A DNA stretch of 64,000 nucleotides, from assembly GCA_964407205.1 (NCBI GenBank), contig CAYOUQ010000001.1:29425-93424 (forward strand). Reading direction: 5' to 3'. The position numbers and the translations under genes were made by a program. The number at the start of each line of letters is the position of its first letter. The stretch's first letter is position 1. This DNA comes from an uncultured Candidatus Saccharimonas sp. GTDB taxonomy: Bacteria > Patescibacteriota > Saccharimonadia > Saccharimonadales > Saccharimonadaceae. Positions 1 through 8,787 of the stretch are shown in pieces. Below the pieces are notes generated by a model. It saw nothing but the letters and a program-made list of their open reading frames with translations. It ran no database searches and had not been told where the DNA came from.

Positions 1-396
1 ATGCAACAACCTTGCTGCAAACCCCACTGGTAAGCAGACAAAACCGCCTTTTGTAAAAATTACATCAGGTCGCCACACTATCAACTTCCCTACGCTTTGG
101 AAAAACCCTATAAAAACCAGCAACCCGTCTCTAATGTTTGGCAACATAATTGCCGGCGAGATTAGATGTTGCAACATCGACATATGGTGATAACGTCGCA
201 ACTTACCGGCGAATATCGTACTAACCTTTATGGATTTGTCGAAATGACCAACAATCTCTTTCGCTTGGGTGGCAAACTTTTTATCACACCAAAAACGTAT
301 TTTCGCTTTTGGATGCAAACTTCTAATTTCGCGCAGAACCGCTACTACTGGTGTGACGTGACCGCCTGACCCACCGCCGACTGCCAATATTTTCAT
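1..396 (-). CDS. murG: MurG (undecaprenyl-PP-MurNAc-pentapeptide GlcNAc transferase), N-terminal part, runs off the window
   Basis: Reverse complement from ATG 396-394 reads MKILAVGGGSGGHVTPVVAVLREIRSLHPKAK..., the MurG N-terminal glycine loop. It follows ftsW in a dcw cluster. It is absent from the ORF track because there is no stop codon inside the window. Confidence 0.8.
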   Translation of the reverse strand, partial: MKILAVGGGSGGHVTPVVAVLREIRSLHPKAKIRFWCDKKFATQAKEIVGHFDKSIKVSTIFAGKLRRYHHMSMLQHLISPAIMLPNIRDGLLVFIGFFQSVGKLIVWRPDVIFTKGGFVCLPVGFAARLLH

Positions 397-1609
397 AGCT
401 TGCCTCCTTTAAGTTTGATGAATGGACCGTATAATGTGACAGTTGAAATACTAACCCCAGCGCTGCGGCGACAAAGAACATACTTGTGCCACCAAAGCTG
501 AGAAGTGGGAGCGTAATCCCTGTTAATGGGAATACTCCCAGCATTGACGCTATATTAAGAATAACATGAGCACCCAGCCATCCAAATACGCCCGCTACTA
601 CTAGTTTCAGGTTTGGATCAGGTAGATGATCCATAATCTGCAATAATCTAATCAATAAAGCCAAAAACAGTATCAGAATAGTCGTTGCTCCAATAAATCC
701 AAAAGTTTCTCCCATAATTGCGAAAACCGAGTCGTTAATAGCTTCGGGTAGATAACCTGTAGCTTGAACACTGTTCCCTATCCCAACACCCAAAAAGCCC
801 CCACTGCCGATTGCCAATTTTGCTTGGGTTATATGATAACTATTGTCATCAGTTGATAATGATACGCTGTCACCTTTTAGGTATGTTAGCACTCGTTCTA
901 TGCGGTGCGGTGCGCTTAGGATAAAAATTGATCCAATTAACAGTAGTGACGCCAGTGCAATACTAACATTTTTTAGGCTTAATCCGCTAACAAATAACAC
1001 AGCCATGATAATTCCAACCAACGATATACCCGTACCAAGGTCTTTTTGAATAACAACAATGAATAATAACGAAATAGCAGTAATAATCGCTATGGGTAAT
1101 ATTGTCTCCTTTAAATCATTAACTTTCTCTTGCTTGGCCCTACTACCCAGGAAACCGGCTGTAAAAACCAGGACAGCATATTTAAGCATTTCTGATGGCT
1201 GCAGGCTACCGAATATACCAAGATTGAACCAGCGCGTTGCCCCTAAGGTTTGTTGAGCGAAAGAAAGATGTGCCATACCAGAAATGGCTAAAACGACACA
1301 AGCCCCCAAGGCCACAATAACCATTGCTCGCGCGTGCTTGAGTAATTTTGAATATGGAAAATAAGCCGCCAATAAAAACGCAATTACAGATAGCGCCAGA
1401 CTAATCGCCTGTTTAATAAAAAAATACGAATCACTAAAGTTACTGCCATAGGCGTTATTCAACACATTCGCCCTTTGTGGGCCAATCGCGAATATCACGA
1501 CAAGACCAAGTAACATCAACAGGGCCATATACAGCACAATCAAATAATCTGGTCGATGACGACGATTTAAATCAAGGCCAACCGAAGCTGTTTGATTCAA
1601 AAATCTCAC
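323..1609 (-). CDS. ftsW: SEDS-family peptidoglycan glycosyltransferase FtsW
   Basis: 428-aa multi-TM ORF with the SEDS-like motifs GSGGFLGVGIGNS and LPLLSFGGTSMF. It sits between mraY and murG. Its 3' tail overlaps the murG start by about 74 nt. Confidence 0.85.
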   Translation of the reverse strand: MRFLNQTASVGLDLNRRHRPDYLIVLYMALLMLLGLVVIFAIGPQRANVLNNAYGSNFSDSYFFIKQAISLALSVIAFLLAAYFPYSKLLKHARAMVIVALGACVVLAISGMAHLSFAQQTLGATRWFNLGIFGSLQPSEMLKYAVLVFTAGFLGSRAKQEKVNDLKETILPIAIITAISLLFIVVIQKDLGTGISLVGIIMAVLFVSGLSLKNVSIALASLLLIGSIFILSAPHRIERVLTYLKGDSVSLSTDDNSYHITQAKLAIGSGGFLGVGIGNSVQATGYLPEAINDSVFAIMGETFGFIGATTILILFLALLIRLLQIMDHLPDPNLKLVVAGVFGWLGAHVILNIASMLGVFPLTGITLPLLSFGGTSMFFVAAALGLVFQLSHYTVHSSNLKEASYENIGSRRWVRRSRHTSSSGSARN

Positions 1610-1610
1610 T

Positions 1611-2633
1611 TTATATATTGCCTCCTGCGAGTGCCAAAATAATACCTATAAACGCTGCAACATCAGCAATTACCCAAAAACGCATTACAACTTTTGTCTC
1701 AGGCCAGCCTTTTGCCATTAGGTGTTGATGAAAAGGCGCCGAGATGAAAATCTTGCGATGAAACACTTTTTTACTAAAAATCTGAATCAAGCTTGATCCT
1801 GCTTCAGCCACAAATAGCACGCCAATAATAGGTATAAGGAATAAGGTGTTTGTTAACATCGCAACAACCCCCAAGGCAGTACCAATTGAAAAGCTGCCGA
1901 TATCGGTCATAAAAAACCTCGCTGGGAAAATATTAAACCATAGGTAGCTAAGTAAGGCACCGACTACAGTAAAACAGAAACCGGCCAACATATAATTACC
2001 TTGTAATATAGCGATGATCCCAAACGCGCCGAAGCTAATAGCCACTAGCCCACCTGCCAGGCCATCCAGACCATCACTAATATTTACAGCGTTACTGGTC
2101 GCGACGACTGCAAACGCAAAAACAGGAATTATCAACCAACCAAGATCAAAATTACCGATAAAAGGTATGTGTATAGACGAAAAGCCTAGTTTTGCGAAGA
2201 AAAACCAACCTAACGCTACACCTATTGCAACAATCATACTAAATTTCAAACTTGACCTAAGACCTGCAACACCACTGCCATCACCGCGTACATTTATTAT
2301 GTCATCAATTAATCCTACAATAGCTCCACCTATTAAAGCCGCGAGCGGTAGCCATGTTTGACCCCTGTCTAAGTTAAAAATGACCGTAACAGCAATTATC
2401 GAAATTACAAATATAATCCCCGCCCCGGCTGGGATATTTCTCTTAAACTTATCGGCATGAAGCTTATTAAACACCGTTAATTTCTCACCTGTGGTGCTGG
2501 TCGTTCTCTGCTTCTTCCAAAACTTATATTTATAAGCAAAGAATGTATAGACTGGCGTAATCATCATAGCCAGCACAAAAGCCCCAAAGCTTAGTAAAAA
2601 ATTTGATATTAGATTGCTTGTAATTCCGTCCAT
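1611..2633 (-). CDS. mraY: Phospho-N-acetylmuramoyl-pentapeptide transferase MraY
   Basis: 340-aa polytopic protein with the NAVNISDGLDGLAGG motif typical of MraY. dcw context. Confidence 0.92.
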   Translation of the reverse strand: MDGITSNLISNFLLSFGAFVLAMMITPVYTFFAYKYKFWKKQRTTSTTGEKLTVFNKLHADKFKRNIPAGAGIIFVISIIAVTVIFNLDRGQTWLPLAALIGGAIVGLIDDIINVRGDGSGVAGLRSSLKFSMIVAIGVALGWFFFAKLGFSSIHIPFIGNFDLGWLIIPVFAFAVVATSNAVNISDGLDGLAGGLVAISFGAFGIIAILQGNYMLAGFCFTVVGALLSYLWFNIFPARFFMTDIGSFSIGTALGVVAMLTNTLFLIPIIGVLFVAEAGSSLIQIFSKKVFHRKIFISAPFHQHLMAKGWPETKVVMRFWVIADVAAFIGIILALAGGNI

Positions 2634-2634
2634 A

Positions 2635-4371
2635 TTACCCCTTTGGTTGTATTTTTAAATAATCTAAAAGCCAGTTTGATATATCTGTAAAGATTGGGCC
2701 GGCATCTCGCGCACCATTAAGTGCTATACCATCGCCTGATATCCTTACCATTATGACATAACTCGATAGTTCTTCGCTACCGCCAAACCCTAAATATGTT
2801 GCGATCGTCTCGTCCTCGGAATATCCGCCATCTTTAAAAACCTGTGAAGTGCCTGTTTTGCCACCAATGTAGTAACCAGGCTTATCATATGGAGCAGCCG
2901 ACTTTCTGACCGCTTCGACCATTTGACGAATCTGGTTTGCCGTATTCTCAGAAACTGTCTGTGTTGGATCTGAGATTTTGTTCGATATGTAGTCACCATT
3001 TTTATCAACAACACCTGCCAAAACAGTTGGTTTATAATATTTTCCCCCGTTGACTAATGAACAGAATGCCGATGCAACCTGAACCATTGTGGCATCCATT
3101 CCCTGCCCAAAAGCCATGTTCGAATATCGCACAGCGTTGCCCTCAACCTCAGTAGGAGGAATAATCGTTCCGGGTACTTCACCAAAAATTTCGATACCGG
3201 TTATACTCCCCAGATGAAATTTATTATGAAAATAGTCAAACATAGTATCACGTGCGCCACGAGTAATATTTGAGCCATCACCTAGCCTTTGGGCCACGGT
3301 TACAAATCCGGTATTTAGAGACCAATTTAATGCATGTTGGAATGTTATTTCGCCTGTTTGGCCAGTCGAGGCATTAACGATAACCCTATCATCCACCTCT
3401 ATGTAATCGTAGTTATAGTATGTAGCTGTCGGGCTAACCACGCCTTTATCTATGCCCGTCGCCATTGTCAGTGTCTTTAAATCTGAACCTGGCTCATATG
3501 GCGAGGATACGATTGGATTATTAAATAATGCCACGTCAGTAACCTTGTTATATTCAGCTTGATTATAGGTTGGCAAGCTAGCCATTGCTATAACCTTCCC
3601 TGACTGCGGATCCATAACGATTGCGCTGGCATTATCGCCACCAGTCCTATCTAGACCGTCTGCTATCGCCTTTTCAACATAAGATTGGATATTTCTATCT
3701 ATCGACAAGACTATATTTTTTCCATCAACTGCTGGTTTATTTATGTTATTTTTTCCAATAGTCAACGGGACATCTCTTACGTCAGTAACCGATTGAAGTA
3801 AACCGTCCGTGCCCGTCAGCTCGTCGTCAAGATACCCTTCAACACCATAACGACCAACACCGTCAAAATCAACAAACCCAAGCGTCTGAGAGGCTAAGGC
3901 GCCTTCTGGGTATACTCTTTGAGTCCCCTCCTGAAAGCCGACGCCACTAAGTTTTTCTTTCTTAATCATTTCAGCTTGTGTTCGAGTAATTCGGGTTGCT
4001 AATATTTGATATCGGCTGTCTTTCTTGTCTAATAATATCTGAAAATCAGCTCTTGCATTACCCCCCGCTACTCTTTTAATTACTTCGATAATCTTCTTAT
4101 CATCTTTTGTAATCTGTGGGTCGGCAAAGACAGTGTATATTGTTTGATTTAATGCCAATGGAACTGGTGTCAAATTATCAAGCGCATAAATAACCCCGCG
4201 TTTTGCGGGAATAGTTAAACGCTTAATCTGTTCTTTGTTAGCTAGTTCGACATAAAAGTCGTGTTGGATAATTTGCAAATAAAATAGCCTTGCAATAAAA
4301 ACGGTCATAATTATAATGACCAGACACGATAATACTTTTGATCGGCTTCCTCTTTGTAGTTCTAGCTTCAT
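2635..4371 (-). CDS. ftsI: Class B penicillin-binding protein (FtsI/PBP2-type transpeptidase)
   Basis: N-terminal membrane anchor plus the transpeptidase motifs SxxK (SDLK), SxN (SLN) and KTG (GGKTGTS). dcw position. Confidence 0.88.
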   Translation of the reverse strand: MKLELQRGSRSKVLSCLVIIIMTVFIARLFYLQIIQHDFYVELANKEQIKRLTIPAKRGVIYALDNLTPVPLALNQTIYTVFADPQITKDDKKIIEVIKRVAGGNARADFQILLDKKDSRYQILATRITRTQAEMIKKEKLSGVGFQEGTQRVYPEGALASQTLGFVDFDGVGRYGVEGYLDDELTGTDGLLQSVTDVRDVPLTIGKNNINKPAVDGKNIVLSIDRNIQSYVEKAIADGLDRTGGDNASAIVMDPQSGKVIAMASLPTYNQAEYNKVTDVALFNNPIVSSPYEPGSDLKTLTMATGIDKGVVSPTATYYNYDYIEVDDRVIVNASTGQTGEITFQHALNWSLNTGFVTVAQRLGDGSNITRGARDTMFDYFHNKFHLGSITGIEIFGEVPGTIIPPTEVEGNAVRYSNMAFGQGMDATMVQVASAFCSLVNGGKYYKPTVLAGVVDKNGDYISNKISDPTQTVSENTANQIRQMVEAVRKSAAPYDKPGYYIGGKTGTSQVFKDGGYSEDETIATYLGFGGSEELSSYVIMVRISGDGIALNGARDAGPIFTDISNWLLDYLKIQPKG

Positions 4372-4372
4372 A

Positions 4373-4720
4373 TTATTGTGCGTATGACGTGTTTTCAGGT
4401 GTTGTCATGGTGGCAGCAACACTGCTACTTTTGACATTCTCAAGTGAGGTTAATCTGGCATTTTCAATCTCTAAATCGCTCTTTTGATTATTTAACTCAG
4501 AAATCTGACTATCAATCTTTTGGGTCGCATAGTCATAGCTAGTTGCCCTCGTCGCTTGCGTCAAGTATATTAAACCTAAAACTGTAACCATTAATGCGAC
4601 TAGCACCGTATGGGTTACTGGGCCTAATTTAACATTAGATACGTAGGCAACTGTATTTTGGTTTCTTGACCAGTTCTGTTGTCGGCTAGACCTGAAATTT
4701 TGGGTACGTTGATAAGACAT
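4373..4720 (-). CDS. ftsL: FtsL-like cell division protein (single TM plus coiled coil)
   Basis: 115 aa with one TM segment (VTHTVLVALMVTVLGLIYL) followed by a heptad-like region. It has the canonical position between rsmH and ftsI. Confidence 0.6.
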   Translation of the reverse strand: MSYQRTQNFRSSRQQNWSRNQNTVAYVSNVKLGPVTHTVLVALMVTVLGLIYLTQATRATSYDYATQKIDSQISELNNQKSDLEIENARLTSLENVKSSSVAATMTTPENTSYAQ

Positions 4721-4901
4721 AGTAAACTTTACTCTTTAAGATTTTTTATTTATATATTTTTTTGCTTACCCCCACCCCGCACATGGCGGAGTGAGGAGAA
4801 GCGTCTGTTACAGTACGTGGACTATCACTTTTTGAGCGACGTCCGTGCACTTTACTGGAATTTTTACAGGCATGGTGTTTTGCCCTTTCCTTTTGTTTGT
4901 T

Positions 4902-5795
4902 TTATTTTTTCACAGCGACCCTCAGTTTAGCACTGCGAGATCGCGGGTTGTAAACATCATAAATGCTACCTGCTATCGGTTTTTTAGTAATTGGCAGAAG
5001 TTCTGCCTCAAAGCCTGAGTTATACTGATCGGCAAGATACAGCTTCACTAAGCGGTCTTCGAGACTATGGAAACTGATGATTCCGACTCGTCCACCTGGC
5101 TTTAATAGTAGCGGTAGGCTTGGTAAGATTTGTTCAATCTGTTTCAGCTCATCATTGATAGCAATTCTTATAGCTTGAAATGTGCGCGTGGCTGGATGAA
5201 TTTTATTCCATTTACCACGATAGTTTTTGCTAATTAGGTCGGCAAGTTCTTTTGTATTAGATAGCGGTCTGTTCTGGATTATAGCCTCTGCAATAGATTT
5301 TGATCTATTGGTTGGCTCTTCGCCATATTGGTTGATTATGCGTACTAATTCGTCAGCAGTTGCAGTGTTGACAAGTATATCAGCACTCAGTTCCTGACGT
5401 CTATCCATCCGCATATCCAATGGACCATTATTTGTAAAAGAAAACCCTCGCTCGCCTAAGTCGAGTTGTGGTGACGACACCCCCAAATCAATCAGTACAA
5501 TATCAAATTTGCGCTTTTCTTTTATTAACTGCTGGCTAGCAGAAACAAAATCAGTGTGCATTAGCTGCACTCCCTTGTCAGACAGTGGCTTCAGATGCTT
5601 GATGGCATTGTCGTCACGATCGACCAAGACTGAGTCAGCATAATTCCCCGTGATATCAAAGATACGACCCGCATGACCTCCGTAGCCAGCAGTCAAATCA
5701 AGATAATTCTCGCCTGGCTGTGGCTTCAGTAGTTCAAGTGTCGCATCCAGTAACACTGGTATATGTAGAGTTTGTGGTGGATGTACTTTACTCAT
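4902..5795 (-). CDS. rsmH: 16S rRNA (cytosine1402-N4)-methyltransferase RsmH (MraW)
   Basis: HIPVLL, LDLTAGYGGHA and DLGVSSPQLD motifs. dcw context. Confidence 0.92.
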   Translation of the reverse strand: MSKVHPPQTLHIPVLLDATLELLKPQPGENYLDLTAGYGGHAGRIFDITGNYADSVLVDRDDNAIKHLKPLSDKGVQLMHTDFVSASQQLIKEKRKFDIVLIDLGVSSPQLDLGERGFSFTNNGPLDMRMDRRQELSADILVNTATADELVRIINQYGEEPTNRSKSIAEAIIQNRPLSNTKELADLISKNYRGKWNKIHPATRTFQAIRIAINDELKQIEQILPSLPLLLKPGGRVGIISFHSLEDRLVKLYLADQYNSGFEAELLPITKKPIAGSIYDVYNPRSRSAKLRVAVKK

Positions 5796-5825
5796 TTCGT
5801 CTCTTATAATAACATAATCGACGTT

Positions 5826-6068
5826 TCGAGATCACCCTACTGGTAGCTATGGCTGTTTGTTTTAAATTTTTTTGTTTTATATTTATAAGTTTTCCGAATA
5901 ACGCGGTGGTTGCCAAAGGCAAATCACAATCCGTTTAATGTTACTCGGTTGAGAGACTTATGTGTGAGGTGGAGTTTTTTTGGGAGGTGTTTTTTTATAA
6001 AGAAGGTACGCGATTTTTTTATTGTGGTATCGATTTCCACTGCCTAACTACCAGATGGTTGATCTCGA
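5826..6068. repeat. Long-range inverted repeat (21-nt arms, 18/21 complementary) enclosing 201 nt between rsmH and mraZ
   Basis: Arm 5826-5846 is TCGAGATCACCCTACTGGTAG. Arm 6048-6068 is CTACCAGATGGTTGATCTCGA. Confidence 0.7.
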
Positions 6069-6112
6069 GAGTTTCTTTTGTAATCAAAATTTTAAGGTGC
6101 TGTTATGGGGCT

Positions 6113-6484
6113 TTAAACGTCGGCCTTGGGAGATAAGATACGCCAATACGACCCTACCCTGACCGCAACCAGTTCGCGACTAATACCAGCATAATCAAGC
6201 AAATGTTGCTCAATTGTAACCCGACCTTGTTTTTGATCCAGGTCGGCTTCGGTCTTACCACGTCTGAACTTGACATTTAAATCAGCAATCTTTTCATCAA
6301 AGATACTGCTGACTAATGCAGGTTCAACTTCTCTGTCCCATACCTGTTTTGGATATAGGTGCAGATACTGGCCAAAGCCACGAGTGATTACAACCCCGCT
6401 GGCAAATTCATCTCGAAGTTCGGTTGGTATTGTCAACCGACGCTTATCGTCAAGCTTCCTTTCGAAATAATCTATGCCTGCCAT
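6113..6484 (-). CDS. mraZ: Transcriptional regulator MraZ
   Basis: 123 aa with two SpoVT/AbrB-like DxxxR repeats (DDKRRLTIP and DQKQGRVTIEQ). First gene of the dcw cluster. Confidence 0.85.
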   Translation of the reverse strand: MAGIDYFERKLDDKRRLTIPTELRDEFASGVVITRGFGQYLHLYPKQVWDREVEPALVSSIFDEKIADLNVKFRRGKTEADLDQKQGRVTIEQHLLDYAGISRELVAVRVGSYWRILSPKADV

Positions 6485-6550
6485 GGTTGTTCTCTTCTTC
6501 GGCTCCGCTTAAATTATTTTTTAATGTTAGTGGTGTTTGTTTTGGTGGTG

Positions 6551-6589
6551 CTACCCACTTTTTTCCACTAACCTAACTATACTACCCAC
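6551..6589 (-). promoter_or_regulatory. Candidate MraZ operator: repeated GTGGGTAG / GTGG boxes upstream of mraZ
   Basis: On the minus strand, GTGGGTAG occurs at 6589-6582 and 6558-6551, with GTGG at 6568-6565. The offsets are 21 and 31 nt, roughly helical phasing. The boxes lie 67-105 nt upstream of the mraZ ATG. Confidence 0.45.
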
Positions 6590-6640
6590 CATTTGTCACT
6601 ACAATACCCATTTTAATAATTTCTTTTACATTATAAAAAG

Positions 6641-6662
6641 TTATTCACAGTTTTGTGGATAA
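6641..6662. promoter_or_regulatory. 9-4-9 near-palindrome TTATTCACA-gttt-TGTGGATAA (DnaA-box-like) overlapping the -35 region of the putative dcw promoter
   Basis: TGTGGATAA is the exact reverse complement of the DnaA box consensus TTATCCACA, and the partner half has one mismatch. A TATAAT on the minus strand lies at 6635-6630. Confidence 0.4.
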
Positions 6663-6725
6663 CCATTAGCGTTAATAAACACTCCAGCTTGCCGCAGGGG
6701 TGTTTTCCTCTGATATTATTTACTG

Positions 6726-7796
6726 CTAGATTAGTCCTTCAAAAAGAAACCGTGCTGCGACAAATAGCTGAGCTAAGGCAGCTATTACAACAATTACAAC
6801 AACCGGCCAAGGAAATCGACGTTTAAGTCTTTTTCCGCCCAAAGCGACCACATTTGCTTGCCTATCACCTACCCTTTCATCCGCATAGTGTTCGGTTCTT
6901 ATGTCGGTCCTTGCGCCAACTGTCTCGATAATCTTAAATAGTTTTTCCATCTTTGCAGTATCAAAGTAGTTGAATGGCACTTCAGAGTATACAAATAATT
7001 TATCATCGATCAGCTCGGCGTCAAAGGATCCAGACTCGTCGATAAACGAAGCCATTAAATCTGGCGTAAAGATTTGTAATGCATCACGTTTATATTCTTT
7101 TGGAGCGAATAAGGTAAAGTGTTTGTTGAAATCACCTTCTAACTCTAATATCTGGTCCTTACTAAAGCTTACTGGTATGTTACAAAGTGATATTCCAAAC
7201 AATTTAGTATTATTCTGGTGTGAATCCAGAACAATCTGTGGTACATTTCTATCAAGTTGAATCATTATATAGCCACGATAATGCGTGTTTTTGTCATCAC
7301 CCGTACCTGTAACAAACCGGTAATTTGAGATTTCGAAGGGGCTTGCGTCGCCCGTCTTTGGTTTGATTAACTGATCAAACCCCATCCGACCGCTTCCAAT
7401 ATTAAAGATGATTCCCTGGTGTGTTAAATATAACGCCGTCTTGTGATATTCAAGTCCGTTAGCTTTCGCAAAATTAGTCAGACGAATTAGTTTTGTGTAA
7501 GTGTCTATTTGATACTTCCTTATTACTAATAACGCTACGACGATTATTGATGTATACAGAAACTTCAATGGATCAAGGTTTGACTTGGACGCCAAGACGA
7601 ATAATAAAGATGCTAGGTTAATCCCTATTGCGATTAGCGCCATTGCTAGAATAAGTTTTTTCGAGACTACCGAATGTTTCTTGCCGTCGGCATCAACAAA
7701 ATTCTTTATCACTGTATCATCAACTTTTTGTGTCAATGGAGAATAATCAATCTTCATTATTTGTCTAGTCATTAGTGTCCCTTTCGTATATATCAA
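6726..7796 (-). CDS. Membrane protein, possibly DUF3137-like; hypothetical
   Basis: 356-aa ORF with two N-terminal TM helices, a soluble middle region and a C-terminal TM helix. The DUF3137 resemblance is from memory only. The true start may be an internal Met (about 7772 or 7757), because the annotated start overlaps yvcK by 32 nt. Confidence 0.5.
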   Translation of the reverse strand: MIYTKGTLMTRQIMKIDYSPLTQKVDDTVIKNFVDADGKKHSVVSKKLILAMALIAIGINLASLLFVLASKSNLDPLKFLYTSIIVVALLVIRKYQIDTYTKLIRLTNFAKANGLEYHKTALYLTHQGIIFNIGSGRMGFDQLIKPKTGDASPFEISNYRFVTGTGDDKNTHYRGYIMIQLDRNVPQIVLDSHQNNTKLFGISLCNIPVSFSKDQILELEGDFNKHFTLFAPKEYKRDALQIFTPDLMASFIDESGSFDAELIDDKLFVYSEVPFNYFDTAKMEKLFKIIETVGARTDIRTEHYADERVGDRQANVVALGGKRLKRRFPWPVVVIVVIAALAQLFVAARFLFEGLI

Positions 7797-8787
7797 TTAT
7801 TGCAGCCGCAACCGCCTTGGTGTCATGTCTAATTAACGACCTAACTGCTGGTATCTTATCGGCTTTATGTTTTTTTATCTCTTCCCCCAAGAAGTTTCCT
7901 GCAATTGCTTGATATTTCGCCTTTTTTAACTCGGCAGTATCTACTTTCACAGAGAAAGCTCCCTCTTTTTTATACCTGCTTGCCATATCCTTACGTGGGT
8001 GTTGTTGGTTATACAACACGTAGTCAAGAAATGGTGCTCCAACAAACCGTTCGATTTCTTTAGCATGATCACTTACCGAAAAGCCAGTAGTTTGGCCTTT
8101 TTTTGTCACAAGGTTTGATACATAAACACAGATTGCTCTTGTATCGATTAGGGCCTGGGCTATGCCGTCAATTATCAATAACGGCCCCAGCGAAGTGTAT
8201 AGGTCACCTGGCGCCACTACTACCATATCGGCTTGCATTATTGCGGCGATAGCGGTCGGATTAGCTGTAGCGGCTGGGACAAGGGACAAAGTTGCCCTGC
8301 GTGGATCTTGTTTGAAATAGTGTGAGTCAATCACCCGTTCACCATGTAAAATTATGCTATCCTTTGGCCACTCCATCCTGAGACGCACATTATCAAGTGT
8401 CGCAGGTATGACGACTCCGTTTATTCGCAGTATCTCCGACGCTGTCTCAACAGCTTCGGAAAAACTACCACTAACCTTTTCAAGCGCGGTTAATAAAATA
8501 TTGCCAAATGGATGACCACCAAAAGTTCCCTCTTCAAATCGATAGTCAAACAAATCTCGTACTTTTGGAGAATCGCTTAACGCGACCAAGCACTGTCTAA
8601 TATCACCCGGGGGCAAAGCACCCAATTCATCACGCAAAACTCCTGTGCTGCCACCATCATCAACCATATTAACAATTGCCGCCAGCTGTTTTGTGTGCTT
8701 TTTTAGAGCCGACAAGATAGCAAAGCTACCAGTCCCGCCGCCAATTACTGTGATTTTAATATCATTTTTTACAAATGGATCATTCAT
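7765..8787 (-). CDS. yvcK: YvcK/CofD-like protein (UPF0052, gluconeogenesis factor family)
   Basis: VIGGGTGSF and VNMVDDGGSTGVLRDELGALPPGDIRQC motifs characteristic of the YvcK/CofD family. Confidence 0.85.
   Translation of the reverse strand: MNDPFVKNDIKITVIGGGTGSFAILSALKKHTKQLAAIVNMVDDGGSTGVLRDELGALPPGDIRQCLVALSDSPKVRDLFDYRFEEGTFGGHPFGNILLTALEKVSGSFSEAVETASEILRINGVVIPATLDNVRLRMEWPKDSIILHGERVIDSHYFKQDPRRATLSLVPAATANPTAIAAIMQADMVVVAPGDLYTSLGPLLIIDGIAQALIDTRAICVYVSNLVTKKGQTTGFSVSDHAKEIERFVGAPFLDYVLYNQQHPRKDMASRYKKEGAFSVKVDTAELKKAKYQAIAGNFLGEEIKKHKADKIPAVRSLIRHDTKAVAAAIIDIYERDTND

Noticed and set aside
323-396. 74-nt overlap between the ftsW 3' end and the murG start as a possible frameshift or fusion
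   Set aside because: Both frames are open and the murG N-terminus is canonical from ATG 396. The FtsW tail in the overlap (GSRRWVRRSRHTSSSGSARN) is a low-complexity extension. This is plausibly a genuine overlap, and nothing indicates a sequencing error.
6046-6054. Shared 8-mer ACTACCAG between the dcw-spacer inverted repeat and the 34576-34625 hairpin, as evidence for a common repeated element
   Set aside because: An 8-mer is expected to recur about twice by chance in 128 kb of two-strand sequence, and the flanking bases do not match.
5951-6130. 58-codon plus-strand ORF (MCEVEFFWEVFFYKEG...) in the mraZ-rsmH spacer
   Set aside because: It is Phe/Cys/Trp-rich and has no SD. It runs antisense into mraZ. 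It looks like a T-run artefact.
6641-6662. Inverted DnaA-box pair as a sign of the replication origin
   Set aside because: Only two boxes are present. There is no AT-rich unwinding element cluster and no dnaA/dnaN nearby. The location is the dcw promoter, so an operator role is more plausible than oriC.
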